Origin: an uncultured Collinsella sp.
GTDB taxonomy: Bacteria; Actinomycetota; Coriobacteriia; Coriobacteriales; Coriobacteriaceae
Reading direction: 5' to 3'
Length of the DNA: 64,000 nt
NCBI GenBank assembly: GCA_902489665.1
Contig: CABUAT010000005.1
Location: 17,864-81,863, forward strand
In this document: positions 44,450 through 57,344 of the stretch, piece after piece
Numbering within the stretch: the stretch's first letter is position 1
Layout of the letters: the number at the start of each line of letters is the position of its first letter
The notes under the pieces: generated by a model
What the model saw: only the letters and a program-made list of their open reading frames with translations
What the model was told of the DNA's origin: nothing
Database searches by the model: none
Position numbers and translations under genes: made by a program

Positions 44450-45542
44450 CGGAGTACACGACCTTACCGGAGCCCTCGACGCACTCGCCCACGCGGAACG
44501 GCTTCTCGCCCAGCGCGACCAGGGCCTCGGTCACGGCAGCCTCGTCCTCGGGGGCGACGATCAGGCACAGGCCGACGCCCATGTTGAAGGTCTTGCATGC
44601 CTCGTTGGGCGCGAGCTCGGCCTGGCGCGACACGTAGGTGATGACGGGCGGAACGTCCCAACCCATCTCGGCGCCGTTGCGGGTGACCACGGCGTCGACG
44701 TCGTCGGCGAGCGCGCGGTTGAGGTTCTCGGTAATACCGCCGCCAGTGATGTGGGCGATAGCGTGCACGTTGGCGCCGCCGCGCAGCAGCTCCAGAATCG
44801 GCTTGACATAGATGCGCGTGGGGGCCAACAGGGCGTCTGCCAGCGATGCGCCGCCGAGTTCCTCGAGCGGACGGCTCAGCTCCTCGGCCTTAGCGGCGGC
44901 CTCGGGCGTGCCCGGCTTAATACCGTCGACGCCAATGACCTTACGCACGAGCGAGTAGCCGTTGGAGTGCACGCCGGTGGAAGGCAGGCCCAGGATCACG
45001 TCGCCGGGACGGACATTCGCGGGGTCGAGCATCTTGGGACGGTCGACGACGCCCACGGTAAATCCGGCAAGGTCGTAGTCGGCAGGAGCCATGACGCCGG
45101 GGTGCTCGGCCATCTCGCCGCCCACGAGCGCGCAGCCCGCGAGCTTGCAGCCGTCGGCCACACCCTTGATGATCTTTGCCATGTGCTCGGCCTCGATGTG
45201 GCCGATGGCAACGTAGTCCAGGAAGAACAGCGGCTCGGCACCCGAAGCCAGAATGTCGTTGACGCACATAGCAACCAGGTCCTGGCCCACCGTCTCGTGA
45301 CGGTCCATGATCTGGGCGAGCACGAGCTTGGTGCCCACGCCGTCGGTACCGCTAATCAGAATCGGGTCTTCCATATCCTTAAGCGCGGCAGCCGAGAACA
45401 GGCCACCAAAGCCACCGATGCCGCCGATGACCTCGGGACGGTTGGTGTCCTTAACCATCTGCTTAATAGCGTCAACGGCGCGGCCGCCCTCGGCGGTATC
45501 GACGCCGGCATCCTCATACGTCACATGCTTGCTGTCGCTCAT
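44439..45542 (-). CDS. purM: Phosphoribosylformylglycinamidine cyclo-ligase (AIR synthetase)
   Basis: 367 aa with YEDAGVD, GTDGVGTKL, DYVA and the GEMAE-like motif GGEMAEHPG. Confidence 0.9.
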   Translation of the reverse strand: MSDSKHVTYEDAGVDTAEGGRAVDAIKQMVKDTNRPEVIGGIGGFGGLFSAAALKDMEDPILISGTDGVGTKLVLAQIMDRHETVGQDLVAMCVNDILASGAEPLFFLDYVAIGHIEAEHMAKIIKGVADGCKLAGCALVGGEMAEHPGVMAPADYDLAGFTVGVVDRPKMLDPANVRPGDVILGLPSTGVHSNGYSLVRKVIGVDGIKPGTPEAAAKAEELSRPLEELGGASLADALLAPTRIYVKPILELLRGGANVHAIAHITGGGITENLNRALADDVDAVVTRNGAEMGWDVPPVITYVSRQAELAPNEACKTFNMGVGLCLIVAPEDEAAVTEALVALGEKPFRVGECVEGSGKVVYSDER

Positions 45543-45660
45543 CTGAGCCTTCCTCTCCCACTACCGTGGCGCCGCCCGGGCGTCAAACGGTGCTCATAGT
45601 TGCGTTCATTTCGGCGCGCGCCATAACAACGCGCGCCGTCATATCAACAAAACAGCAGGT

Positions 45661-45699
45661 AAAACCTACCAAAATAAACCTGTCCCTTTTTGGCAGGTT
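45661..45699. repeat. J-type hairpin abutting the purF stop codon
   Basis: aaaacctaccaaaa-taaacctgtccct-ttttggcaggtttt. It is homologous to the J modules at 34537-34576 and 34698-34737, and it could act as a purF-purM intercistronic terminator or attenuator. Confidence 0.65.
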
Positions 45700-47370
45700 T
45701 TAGGCCTCGCCGTGTTCCTCTTCCCAGCTGCGATCGTCGTATTTCTCGACCACGGCGTCGTCATCAAAGTGCAGCGGCTTGTCCAGGTTGCGGGGCTTAA
45801 AGCCCTCCATGAACTTGTCGCGGCCAAAGCTCTCGGGAATCGCCACGGGGTAGCGGCCGGTAAAGCACGCATCGCAGTAACCGCCCTTGGGCATGACCTT
45901 AAGCAGGCCCTCGACCGAAAGGAAGGCCAGCGAATCGGCGCCGATATACTCGCAAATCTCGTCGACCGTCTTGTTGGCGCTGATAAGCTGCGACTGCACG
46001 TCGGTATCGATACCGTAGAAGCACGGCCAGATGACCTCGGGCGAGTTGATGCGGATATGAATCTCCTTGGCGCCGGCGTTGCGCAGCATCTTGACGAGCT
46101 GCACCATGGTGGTGCCGCGCACGATGGAGTCGTCGATGACGACCAGGCGCTTGCCCTCGATGTTGTCACGCAGCGGGTTGAGCTTCATACGCACGCCCAT
46201 GGCACGCAGCTCCTGCGTAGGCTCGATAAACGTACGGCCCACATAGCGGTTCTTGATGAGGCCCTCGCCAAAGGGAATGCCGCTCTCGTGCGAATAGCCC
46301 TCCGCGGGCGGCAGGCCGGAGTCGGGCACGCCGATGACCAGGTCGGCCTCGACGGGCTCCTCATGTGCCAGCTGACGACCCATGTCATAACGGCAGGCGT
46401 AGACGCTCTTGCCGTTCATGATGGAATCGGGGCGAGCAAAGTAGACCTGCTCAAAAATGCAGTTAGCAGGCTCTTCGGCGGCAGGCACGCCCTGCTCGGA
46501 CACAAGGCCCTCGGCGCTGATGCGCAAAATCTCACCGGGACGGACGTCGCGGACGTACTCGGCGCCCACGATATCGAGCGCGCAGGTCTCGGAGGCAACG
46601 ACCCAGCCGCCGGCGCGCGTGACATGGGTGGTGGCGTCGACCGTCGCGGCGCCGTCCTGCGACGGCAGCTGCGAAACGGATGCGGCATCGGCCTGGTCCA
46701 GGCCCTCATCCACCAGCTTGCCCAGCACGAGCGGGCGAATGCCGTGCGGATCGCGGAATGCGTAGAGCGCCTGCTCGTTGATGAGCGTCATGGCGTAGCC
46801 GCCGCGCACGAGCTCCATGGTCTTGCGAATGCCCTCGCGCAGATGGCCAGTACGCTGAGTAAAGTAGCCGATGAGTTTGGTCGCGACCTCGGAATCCGAG
46901 TTGGAGAGGAACGGTACGCCCAGCTCGATCAGCTGGCGACGCAGCTCGTCGGTGTTGACGAGGGTGCCGTTGTGCGCGAGCGCGATAATGACGCTATTGA
47001 TGGTAGAGAGGTGCGGCTGAGAGGCTTCCCAGCTCTTGGCGCCGGCGGTGCCGTAGCGCACATGACCCACGGCCAGCTGACCGGAGAGCGTCGACAAGTC
47101 GGCATTGGAGAACACGCGGTCGAGCAGGCCCAGATCCTTGCGGACCATAACCGTACCGCCGTCACCAACGGCGATTCCCGCCGATTCTTGGCCGCGATGC
47201 TGCAGTGCACGCAGGCCAAAGTACGTCAGTCGAGCCACGTCGCGATCGGGCGCCCAGACACCAAAAACGCCGCATTCCTCATGCAGCTGGTCAGAGTCCG
47301 GATCATACGTCGACATGGCGTTCACCTGTCCCGCGGCACGCTCGGCCGCGCGGATGGTTTCTTGAGACAT
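45700..47370 (-). CDS. purF: Amidophosphoribosyltransferase
   Basis: A propeptide is followed by the catalytic Cys (EECGVFGVW). HRGQESAGI and the PRPP loop VIDDSIVRGTT are present. It has an acidic C-terminal extension. RBS GAGGGGA lies before the ATG at 47370; the ATG at 47316 is an alternative start. Confidence 0.9.
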   Translation of the reverse strand: MSQETIRAAERAAGQVNAMSTYDPDSDQLHEECGVFGVWAPDRDVARLTYFGLRALQHRGQESAGIAVGDGGTVMVRKDLGLLDRVFSNADLSTLSGQLAVGHVRYGTAGAKSWEASQPHLSTINSVIIALAHNGTLVNTDELRRQLIELGVPFLSNSDSEVATKLIGYFTQRTGHLREGIRKTMELVRGGYAMTLINEQALYAFRDPHGIRPLVLGKLVDEGLDQADAASVSQLPSQDGAATVDATTHVTRAGGWVVASETCALDIVGAEYVRDVRPGEILRISAEGLVSEQGVPAAEEPANCIFEQVYFARPDSIMNGKSVYACRYDMGRQLAHEEPVEADLVIGVPDSGLPPAEGYSHESGIPFGEGLIKNRYVGRTFIEPTQELRAMGVRMKLNPLRDNIEGKRLVVIDDSIVRGTTMVQLVKMLRNAGAKEIHIRINSPEVIWPCFYGIDTDVQSQLISANKTVDEICEYIGADSLAFLSVEGLLKVMPKGGYCDACFTGRYPVAIPESFGRDKFMEGFKPRNLDKPLHFDDDAVVEKYDDRSWEEEHGEA

Positions 47371-47666
47371 GGCATCCCCTCAGAGCCTCGTATTTTGGCG
47401 TTACCCGCCTTATTATACGCACGGCGCGACGCGCTCCCCCGCGCATGAGCAGCGCTTTTTAAAAGCCCACCGAGCTTATTATCCGTTTTGCGACCAAACA
47501 TTTTATTGGGTAGTCCACTCTCAGGGGCAACGGCCTCGAAGACTTCCCGTGCGCCGTGTCTCGCCCGCGCTAGGGGCTACATTGTTGCAATTGGGACGTT
47601 CGTCCTGTCTTTTAGCTGGTCGTCGGCGTATCCTTGTAGGCTACTACAAGACGAGAAAGGTAGCGT

Positions 47667-48896
47667 ATGGATCGAAATCAACTCGACCCCAGTGTCCCCA
47701 GCACCACGGAGGCCAAGAAGATCCCCCTTATCATCAAGGTCTACGCAGTCCTGTGCACCCTATCTGGCGTGGGCACGCTCCCGTCAGTCGCCGTCTTTAT
47801 GTGGCAGGTCATCACCGCACTCATTAACGGCAACGTCGCCGCTAAGCTCGGTGATAACACCCTGGTCGCGGTTGGCCTTATCGTCGCCGGCATTATGCTC
47901 TCGGCGGCAAGCGCGATCATCTTGATCGTCTTTGGCCTGGACCTCATCAAGGACCAGCGGCGCAATGCCGCCCGCCTGTCTTACGTCCTCATCGCATTTA
48001 CCGTCGTGGAGCTTTTAGTTGACGTGATGCTCCAAGGCATCGGACCCTTCCTGCTGCGCCCCGCCGTCCAGCTTGTCATCCTCATTGCGCTGTCGGCCAC
48101 CGTCGACCCCACGCTACGCCAGGAGCGCGAACTGCAGCGCCGTCTGCAAGAGATGCTCGACCGCGATGCCGCCGCCGAGGGGATGCTCGGCCGCGACGAA
48201 ACCGGCGAGGGCTACATCAAGCTCAACTACTTCAACCTGTTCTGGGTATTCTTCGTCTGCAGCGTGTTAGGTCTCATTCTCGAGGAAGTCTGGCATATGG
48301 TCGTCGTCGATCCCGGCGTCTATCAGGACCGTGCCGGTATGCTATTTGGCCCCTTTAGCCCCATCTACGGATTTGGCGCGGTGCTCATGACCATGGCGCT
48401 CAACCGCTTCTATAAAAAGAATCCTCTGATCATTTTCCTGGTAAGTGCCCTGATCGGCGGCGCTTTCGAGGTGTTTGTAGGCTGGTTTATGCAGACCTCA
48501 TTTGGCGTGGTGTCGTGGAGCTATTCACACATTAGGCTATTCGGCATGCCCGATCCCATCGCGGTATTGACCGGGGGACGCACATGCACGCCGTTTGCCT
48601 GCATGTGGGGCCTGGGTGGCCTCATCTGGATCAAGGTCTTGCTGCCGCGCCTGCTTAAGCTCATCAATATGATTCCATGGAAACGCCGCTACTCTGCTAC
48701 CGTCATCCTGACCGCCGTCATGTTGATCGACGGCGTCATGACGTTGCAATCGCTCGACTATTGGTATCAGCGCGTCAACGGAACCGTTCGAAATATTCCC
48801 GTCGCACAGTTCTATGACAAGCATTTCGATAACGAATATATGGAGAACCGTTTTCAGAGTATGACCATGAGCCCCAAGGACGCCACACGCGTGTAG
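47667..48896 (+). CDS. Polytopic membrane protein with a C-terminal CmpB-like ('putative ABC-transporter type IV') domain
   Basis: 409 aa. The N-terminal half has 4 TM helices. The C-terminal half (LFWVFFVCSVLGLILEEVWH...FGPFSPIYGFGAV...GGAFEVFVGW) resembles the PF06541-type family. Confidence 0.5.
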   Translation: MDRNQLDPSVPSTTEAKKIPLIIKVYAVLCTLSGVGTLPSVAVFMWQVITALINGNVAAKLGDNTLVAVGLIVAGIMLSAASAIILIVFGLDLIKDQRRNAARLSYVLIAFTVVELLVDVMLQGIGPFLLRPAVQLVILIALSATVDPTLRQERELQRRLQEMLDRDAAAEGMLGRDETGEGYIKLNYFNLFWVFFVCSVLGLILEEVWHMVVVDPGVYQDRAGMLFGPFSPIYGFGAVLMTMALNRFYKKNPLIIFLVSALIGGAFEVFVGWFMQTSFGVVSWSYSHIRLFGMPDPIAVLTGGRTCTPFACMWGLGGLIWIKVLLPRLLKLINMIPWKRRYSATVILTAVMLIDGVMTLQSLDYWYQRVNGTVRNIPVAQFYDKHFDNEYMENRFQSMTMSPKDATRV

Positions 48897-48928
48897 CAAA
48901 CGCCAGAGCAAAATAGCTCCAACACATC

Positions 48929-48969
48929 AAAGCCCGCTGGCAGATCTACATGAACTGCCGGCGGGCTTT
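48929..48969. terminator. Bidirectional terminator between convergent genes
   Basis: aaagcccgctggcag-loop-ctgccggcgggcttt. Confidence 0.65.
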
Positions 48970-49002
48970 CGCTATAGACAGACTCGGATTGCCGACGAGG
49001 CC

Positions 49003-49452
49003 TTACGCCTCGCGCTCGACCTCGCTCACGCACTCGTTCTTGATGGTGCCGACGAGCGACTGCAGCGCATCGACCACATGCGGGCGAATGTCTCCGCCAA
49101 TGAGCACGAGCATGATGTCGTCGCCCACGGTAAGCTCGCCGCTCGCCAGCCACACGCGCACATAGCCGATACCCGGCATCGTGCGCGTCGCCTCGATAGC
49201 GGCCTGCACCTTTTCGGCATCGAAGCCAAACACCATGCCGCCCACCTTGTGGCCTGGCGCCACGCCATCGGTCTCGACTCCGCGCACTTCGGCCTTGGGC
49301 GTCGCGCGCACCACGCCGTTGTGTGTCAGGTACATCCCACAATCAGCCGCCGAAACATCGGCCTTGGCTTCGCGCAGCCAAGCATCAACCGAAGGCATCG
49401 ATTTGCCGTTCTCAAGCATCATTTCTCCTTTCACCGTCATTGAGTAGCCCAT
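49003..49452 (-). CDS. MoaE-like (molybdopterin synthase large-subunit fold) protein
   Basis: 149 aa. The pattern GMYLTHNGVVRAT...VRVWLASGELTVGDDIMLVLIGGDIRPHV...LVGTIKNE parallels E. coli MoaE (TFTGKVRN...HRIGELWPGDEIVFVGVTSAHR...YLKT). There are no other Moco genes here. The start lies 3 nt after the sortase stop. Confidence 0.4.
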   Translation of the reverse strand: MGYSMTVKGEMMLENGKSMPSVDAWLREAKADVSAADCGMYLTHNGVVRATPKAEVRGVETDGVAPGHKVGGMVFGFDAEKVQAAIEATRTMPGIGYVRVWLASGELTVGDDIMLVLIGGDIRPHVVDALQSLVGTIKNECVSEVEREA

Positions 49453-49455
49453 AAT

Positions 49456-50454
49456 CTATTCCTCGACCGGCGTGAGCACCATGACGGCACGTGTGTTGCT
49501 CAGCGATAACGAACGACAGGTCACAAGCGTTACGACCTTGGTTGCCGAAGCGGCACGATCGATGGCATCGCTCGCCACGGCAGAGGCACCGTCGAGCATC
49601 TCGGACAGGTAGTTCTTGAGCCCGTCGTCGCCCTCAAAATTGGTCGTGCGCGCCTTGGCATACGTGTCCTCGACAACTTTGGTCGCCAGTGGTCGCAGTT
49701 TATACGTAGCATCCCGTGTGATGTAATACACGAACTCGATGCTATCGAACGTTGCCTGATCAGTGGTGTCCGAAATCACGTTGAACATCGACCCGTCATT
49801 CATGTGGTGGCCGTAGATCGTGGTCTGCTGATCCACCATGCCCGGCGCGGTGTCATTGCTATCCAGGAAAATGGCCCCGGATGCATTGGCCGTACCGTCG
49901 AACAGCGTGTTGAGGTATTTGGAGTTGTTGTTGGTCTGCACCACGGGATAGTTGATGTTGGTTCCCGGCGCGTAAATCCAACCCACAACCTCGGGATTTG
50001 TCTGGGCAAGTGCATCGAAGTCGATAATCGGCACGCCGCTGGCGTCCTTATCGCTTACATATTGCTTCTCGATTTTCTGGTACGAATCGCTTGCCTGTTT
50101 ATAGCCAATCTGAGCATTGATAAAGATAGCGGCGGCGGCGACAATCAGGCCGATGCCGATGATGATGAGCAGAATGGGAATAATGGAGCGGCGCTTTTTG
50201 CGCGGCGGCTCGGTGTAATCCGACGGCGCGGCATGCGATGAAGACCGGGGCGGCTTCTTAGCGTTGCTATAAGATGAAGGTCGATATGCGGCTGGCGCGT
50301 CCTGTCGACGATGCGTCGCCGGCGTCACGGGGCGCGGCGCGCGCGGCTGCTGAGGAGAGGATGTCCGACCCTGCTGTGCCGCATGGGCAGCACCCGGCTT
50401 CGACGGATCGGGAATCTGAGAAGCCTTGAATCGTTTTCCCTGATAGTCGGACAT
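49456..50454 (-). CDS. srtB: Class B sortase
   Basis: Start at the ATG at 50454 (MSDYQGKRF) with RBS AAGGAGAG. It has a basic/Pro-rich N-terminus and a TM helix. Motifs are VVGWIYAPGTNINYPVVQTNNNSKYL, TIYGHHMNDGSMF and the catalytic LVTCRS. Confidence 0.8.
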   Translation of the reverse strand: MSDYQGKRFKASQIPDPSKPGAAHAAQQGRTSSPQQPRAPRPVTPATHRRQDAPAAYRPSSYSNAKKPPRSSSHAAPSDYTEPPRKKRRSIIPILLIIIGIGLIVAAAAIFINAQIGYKQASDSYQKIEKQYVSDKDASGVPIIDFDALAQTNPEVVGWIYAPGTNINYPVVQTNNNSKYLNTLFDGTANASGAIFLDSNDTAPGMVDQQTTIYGHHMNDGSMFNVISDTTDQATFDSIEFVYYITRDATYKLRPLATKVVEDTYAKARTTNFEGDDGLKNYLSEMLDGASAVASDAIDRAASATKVVTLVTCRSLSLSNTRAVMVLTPVEE

Positions 50455-50489
50455 GGCTCTCCTTATACTGCGGTGAAACGGCGGAACGC

Positions 50490-50954
50490 CTAGGCGTCGG
50501 CCATCTCCTGCTTCATCTTCTCGATAACCTTGCGGTACTCGGGGTCGCAAGCGCCCAGAATCTGCGTGGCGTAGATGGCGGCGTTCTTGGCGCCGTTGAT
50601 GGCAACGCAGGCCACGGGCACGCCCGAAGGCATCTGCACCATCGACAGCAGCGAATCCATGCCGCCCAGGTCACTCGTCTTCATAGGCACGCCGATGACC
50701 GGCAGCGGCGTAAAGGCAGCCACGACACCACCCAGGTGAGCGGCCTTGCCGGCGGCGGCGATAATCACTTTGATACCGCGATCGGCGGCAGTCGAGGCCC
50801 ACTCGTGGACCTTCGCCGGCGTGCGGTGTGCGCTCGCAATCACGAGCTCATAGGGCACACCCAGCGCCTCGAGCTCGGCGGTGCAACCTTCCATAACGCC
50901 CAGATCGGACTTGGAGCCCATGATAATCCCGACAACCGGCTTTTGATCTGCCAT
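50490..50954 (-). CDS. purE: 5-(carboxyamino)imidazole ribonucleotide mutase
   Basis: GIIMGSKSDL, SAHRTP and the AGxAAHLPG-like motif AAGKAAHLGGVVA. The ATG at 50954 lies 9 nt after AGGAGG. Confidence 0.9.
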   Translation of the reverse strand: MADQKPVVGIIMGSKSDLGVMEGCTAELEALGVPYELVIASAHRTPAKVHEWASTAADRGIKVIIAAAGKAAHLGGVVAAFTPLPVIGVPMKTSDLGGMDSLLSMVQMPSGVPVACVAINGAKNAAIYATQILGACDPEYRKVIEKMKQEMADA

Positions 50955-51049
50955 AAACAAAGACCTCCTGTTGAGAGCGGTGACGCGGCGGATCCGCGAC
51001 CCTTAACTACTGAGAGTAGTATAGCTGCTCCCGTCCCTGCGGTCTTTGT

Positions 51050-51137
51050 GGCGCTTCGCGGGCGGGCCAGGCTTTATCTTCACTCCGGTTGCTTCGCAAA
51101 GTCGTTCAGATAAAGCCTGGCCCGCCCGCGAAGCGCC
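51050..51137. repeat. Perfect 30-bp-arm palindrome H1
   Basis: ggcgcttcgcgggcgggccaggctttatct (51050-51079) pairs with agataaagcctggcccgcccgcgaagcgcc (51108-51137). The loop is tcactccggttgcttcgcaaagtcgttc. Confidence 0.85.
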
Positions 51138-51186
51138 CTGCGACCTACCGGGAATTGCCATGACGTACGTTGGCTGAAATATTAAC

Positions 51187-51222
51187 GTGGGATCCGTCGT
51201 TCGAATGAACGACGGATCCCAC
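51187..51222. terminator. 16-bp-stem hairpin downstream of carB
   Basis: gtgggatccgtcgttc-gaat-gaacgacggatcccac with T/A-rich sequence on both sides. Confidence 0.55.
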
Positions 51223-51296
51223 ACTCACTTTTTATTCAGCCCTAGTCATCGCGCAAAGCCCCTTCGGCAGCACACGGTGCAGCCAAGTCACCGCAG

Positions 51297-51386
51297 GCCG
51301 GGGCGGGAGGGGCCGAGTTTCCTCCTGAGCGACTCTGCTTGCAACCGGAGCGAAAGGGGGAAATCTCGGCCCCTCCCGCCCCGGCC
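51297..51386. repeat. Long palindrome H3, a diverged sibling of H1
   Basis: ggccggggcgggaggggccgagtttcc (51297-51323) pairs with gggaaatctcggcccctcccgccccggcc (51358-51386). The loop contains gactctgcttgcaaccggagcg, which is homologous to the reverse complement of the H1 loop. Confidence 0.8.
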
Positions 51387-51397
51387 GGCCAGGTCAA

Positions 51398-54712
<3,315 letters not shown>

Positions 54713-54713
54713 A

Positions 54714-56153
54714 TTAGTTCTCCTCGGTCTCAGCGGTCTCGGACTCAGCAAAGTTCCAGCCGGCAAGGCGGTCCTTCGCGGTGTCGATGTCCAGGTAGTT
54801 CTCCTCGCCGTCCATGAGTCGCGTAAAGGCGGTAAAGAGATAGTGGGCATCGGTGGGGCCAGGCGAGGCCTCGGGGTGGTACTGGACCGAGAAGCACGGT
54901 GCGTCGAGCAGCTGGATGCCCTCGGCGGTGCCGTCGTTGAGGTTCACATGTGTCAGGCGAATGCGACCAAAGCGCTCGTTCATCACGACCGGCGCGATTC
55001 CGCGGCGCACCCAGACGCGCAGATCTCCATCGGCCGCATGCTCGGTCTCGCCGCCGGAAAGCTCGGGGACAAGCTTGCCCAAGCTGGGGAACAGCAGGCC
55101 AAAGCCATGGTTTTGCGCGGTGATCTCCACACGGCGGCTTACCAGGTTCATGACCGGCTGGTTGCCACCGCGGTGACCGAACTTAAGCTTTTCCATCTGG
55201 GCGCCGCAGGCCAGGCTGATCATCTGGTGACCAAGACAAATACCAAAGACCGGCACCTTGCCGATCAGCTGCTGCACCTGCTCGTAGGTCTCCACCACGG
55301 CGTCGGGGTCGCCGGGGCCATTGGACAAAAAGACGCCGTCGGGATTCATGTCGAGCACCTCACTCGCGGGCGTATCCCACGGCACGACGGTAAGGTCGCA
55401 GCCGGCGCGGACCAGACCCTCCAGAATGCCGCGCTTCACACCGCAGTCGTAGGCGACCACTTGGTGACGGGCAGGAGCGGCAGCCGTAAGCGCAAAGTCA
55501 TGCGTGGCAGGCAGGTCGGCGGCCACAAACTCGTGAGGTACGGGGCAACTTACGGTCTTGACCAGGTTCTCGCCTACCAGCGTGGGCGCTGCGGCCAGAC
55601 GCTCGGCAAGCTCGTCGACGTCGAAGATCTCGGTCGAAATAATGCCCATCTTGGAACCATTGTCGCGCAGGTGGCGCACCAGGGCGCGAGTGTCGACACC
55701 CTCGATAGCGACGATGCCGTGAGCGCGCAGGTACTCCGGCACGCTCACGGCCGAGCGCCAGTTAGAAGGCGTGGCGCACATGTCGCGAACGATCATGCCG
55801 CGCATGGCCGGAGCGCTCGCAGGGCACACGGCGTCGCCGGGGAAGGCCGACTGGACGTCGGTCTCGTCGATACCGTAGTTGCCGATCTGCGGATAGGTCA
55901 TGGTTACGATTTGGCCGGCATAACTCGGGTCGGTCATGACCTCAAAGTAGCCCTCGAGCGAGGTGTTGAAGCAAACTTCGCCGGTCGCGGTGCCCTCGGC
56001 GCCGCATGCACGTCCATAAAAAATGGTCCCATCCTCAAGATACAGGATGCAGGGACCGCAGGTGCCCTTGCTGGTTTTGGCCAGCATACGCTGGCAAAGC
56101 TCGCTGGGCGCGAAGGTGCGGGCGGCAGCGCCCGCGGTATGGTTGTTCGCCAT
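54714..56153 (-). CDS. carA: Carbamoyl-phosphate synthase small (glutaminase) subunit
   Basis: [14 protein letters not shown], the GATase triad region GICLGHQ and HGFG are present. The start is chosen at the ATG at 56153 (RBS AAGGAGAA), with 56087 as an alternative. A ~35-aa acidic C-terminal extension follows. Confidence 0.9.
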   Translation of the reverse strand: MANNHTAGAAARTFAPSELCQRMLAKTSKGTCGPCILYLEDGTIFYGRACGAEGTATGEVCFNTSLEGYFEVMTDPSYAGQIVTMTYPQIGNYGIDETDVQSAFPGDAVCPASAPAMRGMIVRDMCATPSNWRSAVSVPEYLRAHGIVAIEGVDTRALVRHLRDNGSKMGIISTEIFDVDELAERLAAAPTLVGENLVKTVSCPVPHEFVAADLPATHDFALTAAAPARHQVVAYDCGVKRGILEGLVRAGCDLTVVPWDTPASEVLDMNPDGVFLSNGPGDPDAVVETYEQVQQLIGKVPVFGICLGHQMISLACGAQMEKLKFGHRGGNQPVMNLVSRRVEITAQNHGFGLLFPSLGKLVPELSGGETEHAADGDLRVWVRRGIAPVVMNERFGRIRLTHVNLNDGTAEGIQLLDAPCFSVQYHPEASPGPTDAHYLFTAFTRLMDGEENYLDIDTAKDRLAGWNFAESETAETEEN

Positions 56154-56311
56154 AATTCTCCTTCCCGGTCTCACAGGACCGGCTTAAAGGTGTGTAGTTA
56201 GGCCTCGCGGTATTGTAACCGCAAGCATGCCTCATGGCGTTAATTTCATCGAAATGTTTACGAAATGATAATTATGACTTTCTATGCATAATGTTTTTTA
56301 ATCCCCGTCCC

Positions 56312-56352
56312 AGAAAAATCATCCCGCGGGGCTTGTGGCTCACGCGGGATGA
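56312..56352 (-). terminator. Intrinsic terminator after the 321-aa membrane protein gene
   Basis: atcatcccgcg-loop-cgcgggatgat with a T-run on the minus strand. Confidence 0.65.
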
Positions 56353-56359
56353 TGGCGTC

Positions 56360-57325
56360 TTATTTTTTCTTGTCCTGCTCCAGCAGTTCGGACGGTGTGC
56401 GATCGGGCTTGCCGCCGCGGAAAATCTCGCGGCCATGCAGACGATGTTCCAGGTCACGTTCGTCCTTTTCCTCGTCAATCTTGGTCTGGCTCACCACCGG
56501 GTCCTCAATCAACGACGACACCGAGTTCACCTGCTTCTGAATGCGTTCGGCGATGGTGTCATCCATACTCACGATGCGCATCTTCCAGTCGATACTCGTG
56601 GCGTTGGATGAGCTCTTGGTCCACACGAACGTCAAAATGGCGCTCTGGTGGCCCCGCGCGGGGAACATGCCAAAGAAGGAATCGTGCTGAATGTTGCTAT
56701 CCTCGTCGATATAGGCGTGAACGTTATACACCACGCGGTCGATCTTATCGTTGAGCAGCGCGTTGGTCGCAAGCGCCGCGGCCTGGATCTGCCCGTTGGA
56801 CAGCAGCTCGAGCTCGTTGGCAGATGATGTGTCCAACACCGTCACCTCGACCGTGCCCGTACGCTCATCGGCTTCATCGACGGTAAAGTCGAGCGGGAAC
56901 TGCGTAAAGCCGTTGCCCCACTCAAGGCCGCCCTTCAGCGCCGTCGAAACGGTATCGACCGAAACGCTCTCGGACAGGTTGGCGGTATTCAGACGACGCA
57001 TCACGCCGTAGCCAATCTGCATGCCCACGATCAGCACCAAAATACCGATGACCACGGCCATCGCGGTCTTCGTAATGGTATGGCTCACCTGCGAGCCCGA
57101 AGGATCGTCCTCGGACAGCGGGTCGATATGTTTTGCCTGGCTCGCGCGGTCCTCGCTGCGCAGCTGCGCTAGCGCCGCTTTGTCACCGCGCTTGGCCGCA
57201 GCCTCCTTCTCACGCATGCGCTCGGTTCGCTTTTTGGCAAGCGTGGGATCCAAGACACCGGATGCATCGATTTCGGAGAATAACTCCGTCACTTCTTCCG
57301 GAGTCAAAGGGTTCTTGTCAGCCAT
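56360..57325 (-). CDS. Hypothetical single-pass membrane protein
   Basis: 321 aa. It has a charged N-terminal ~85 aa, one TM helix (AMAVVIGILVLIVGMQIGYGV), a ~180-aa extracytoplasmic domain and a Lys/Glu-rich tail. I recognise no motif. Confidence 0.5.
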   Translation of the reverse strand: MADKNPLTPEEVTELFSEIDASGVLDPTLAKKRTERMREKEAAAKRGDKAALAQLRSEDRASQAKHIDPLSEDDPSGSQVSHTITKTAMAVVIGILVLIVGMQIGYGVMRRLNTANLSESVSVDTVSTALKGGLEWGNGFTQFPLDFTVDEADERTGTVEVTVLDTSSANELELLSNGQIQAAALATNALLNDKIDRVVYNVHAYIDEDSNIQHDSFFGMFPARGHQSAILTFVWTKSSSNATSIDWKMRIVSMDDTIAERIQKQVNSVSSLIEDPVVSQTKIDEEKDERDLEHRLHGREIFRGGKPDRTPSELLEQDKKK

Positions 57326-57344
57326 AAACTTCCTGTCATATCAA

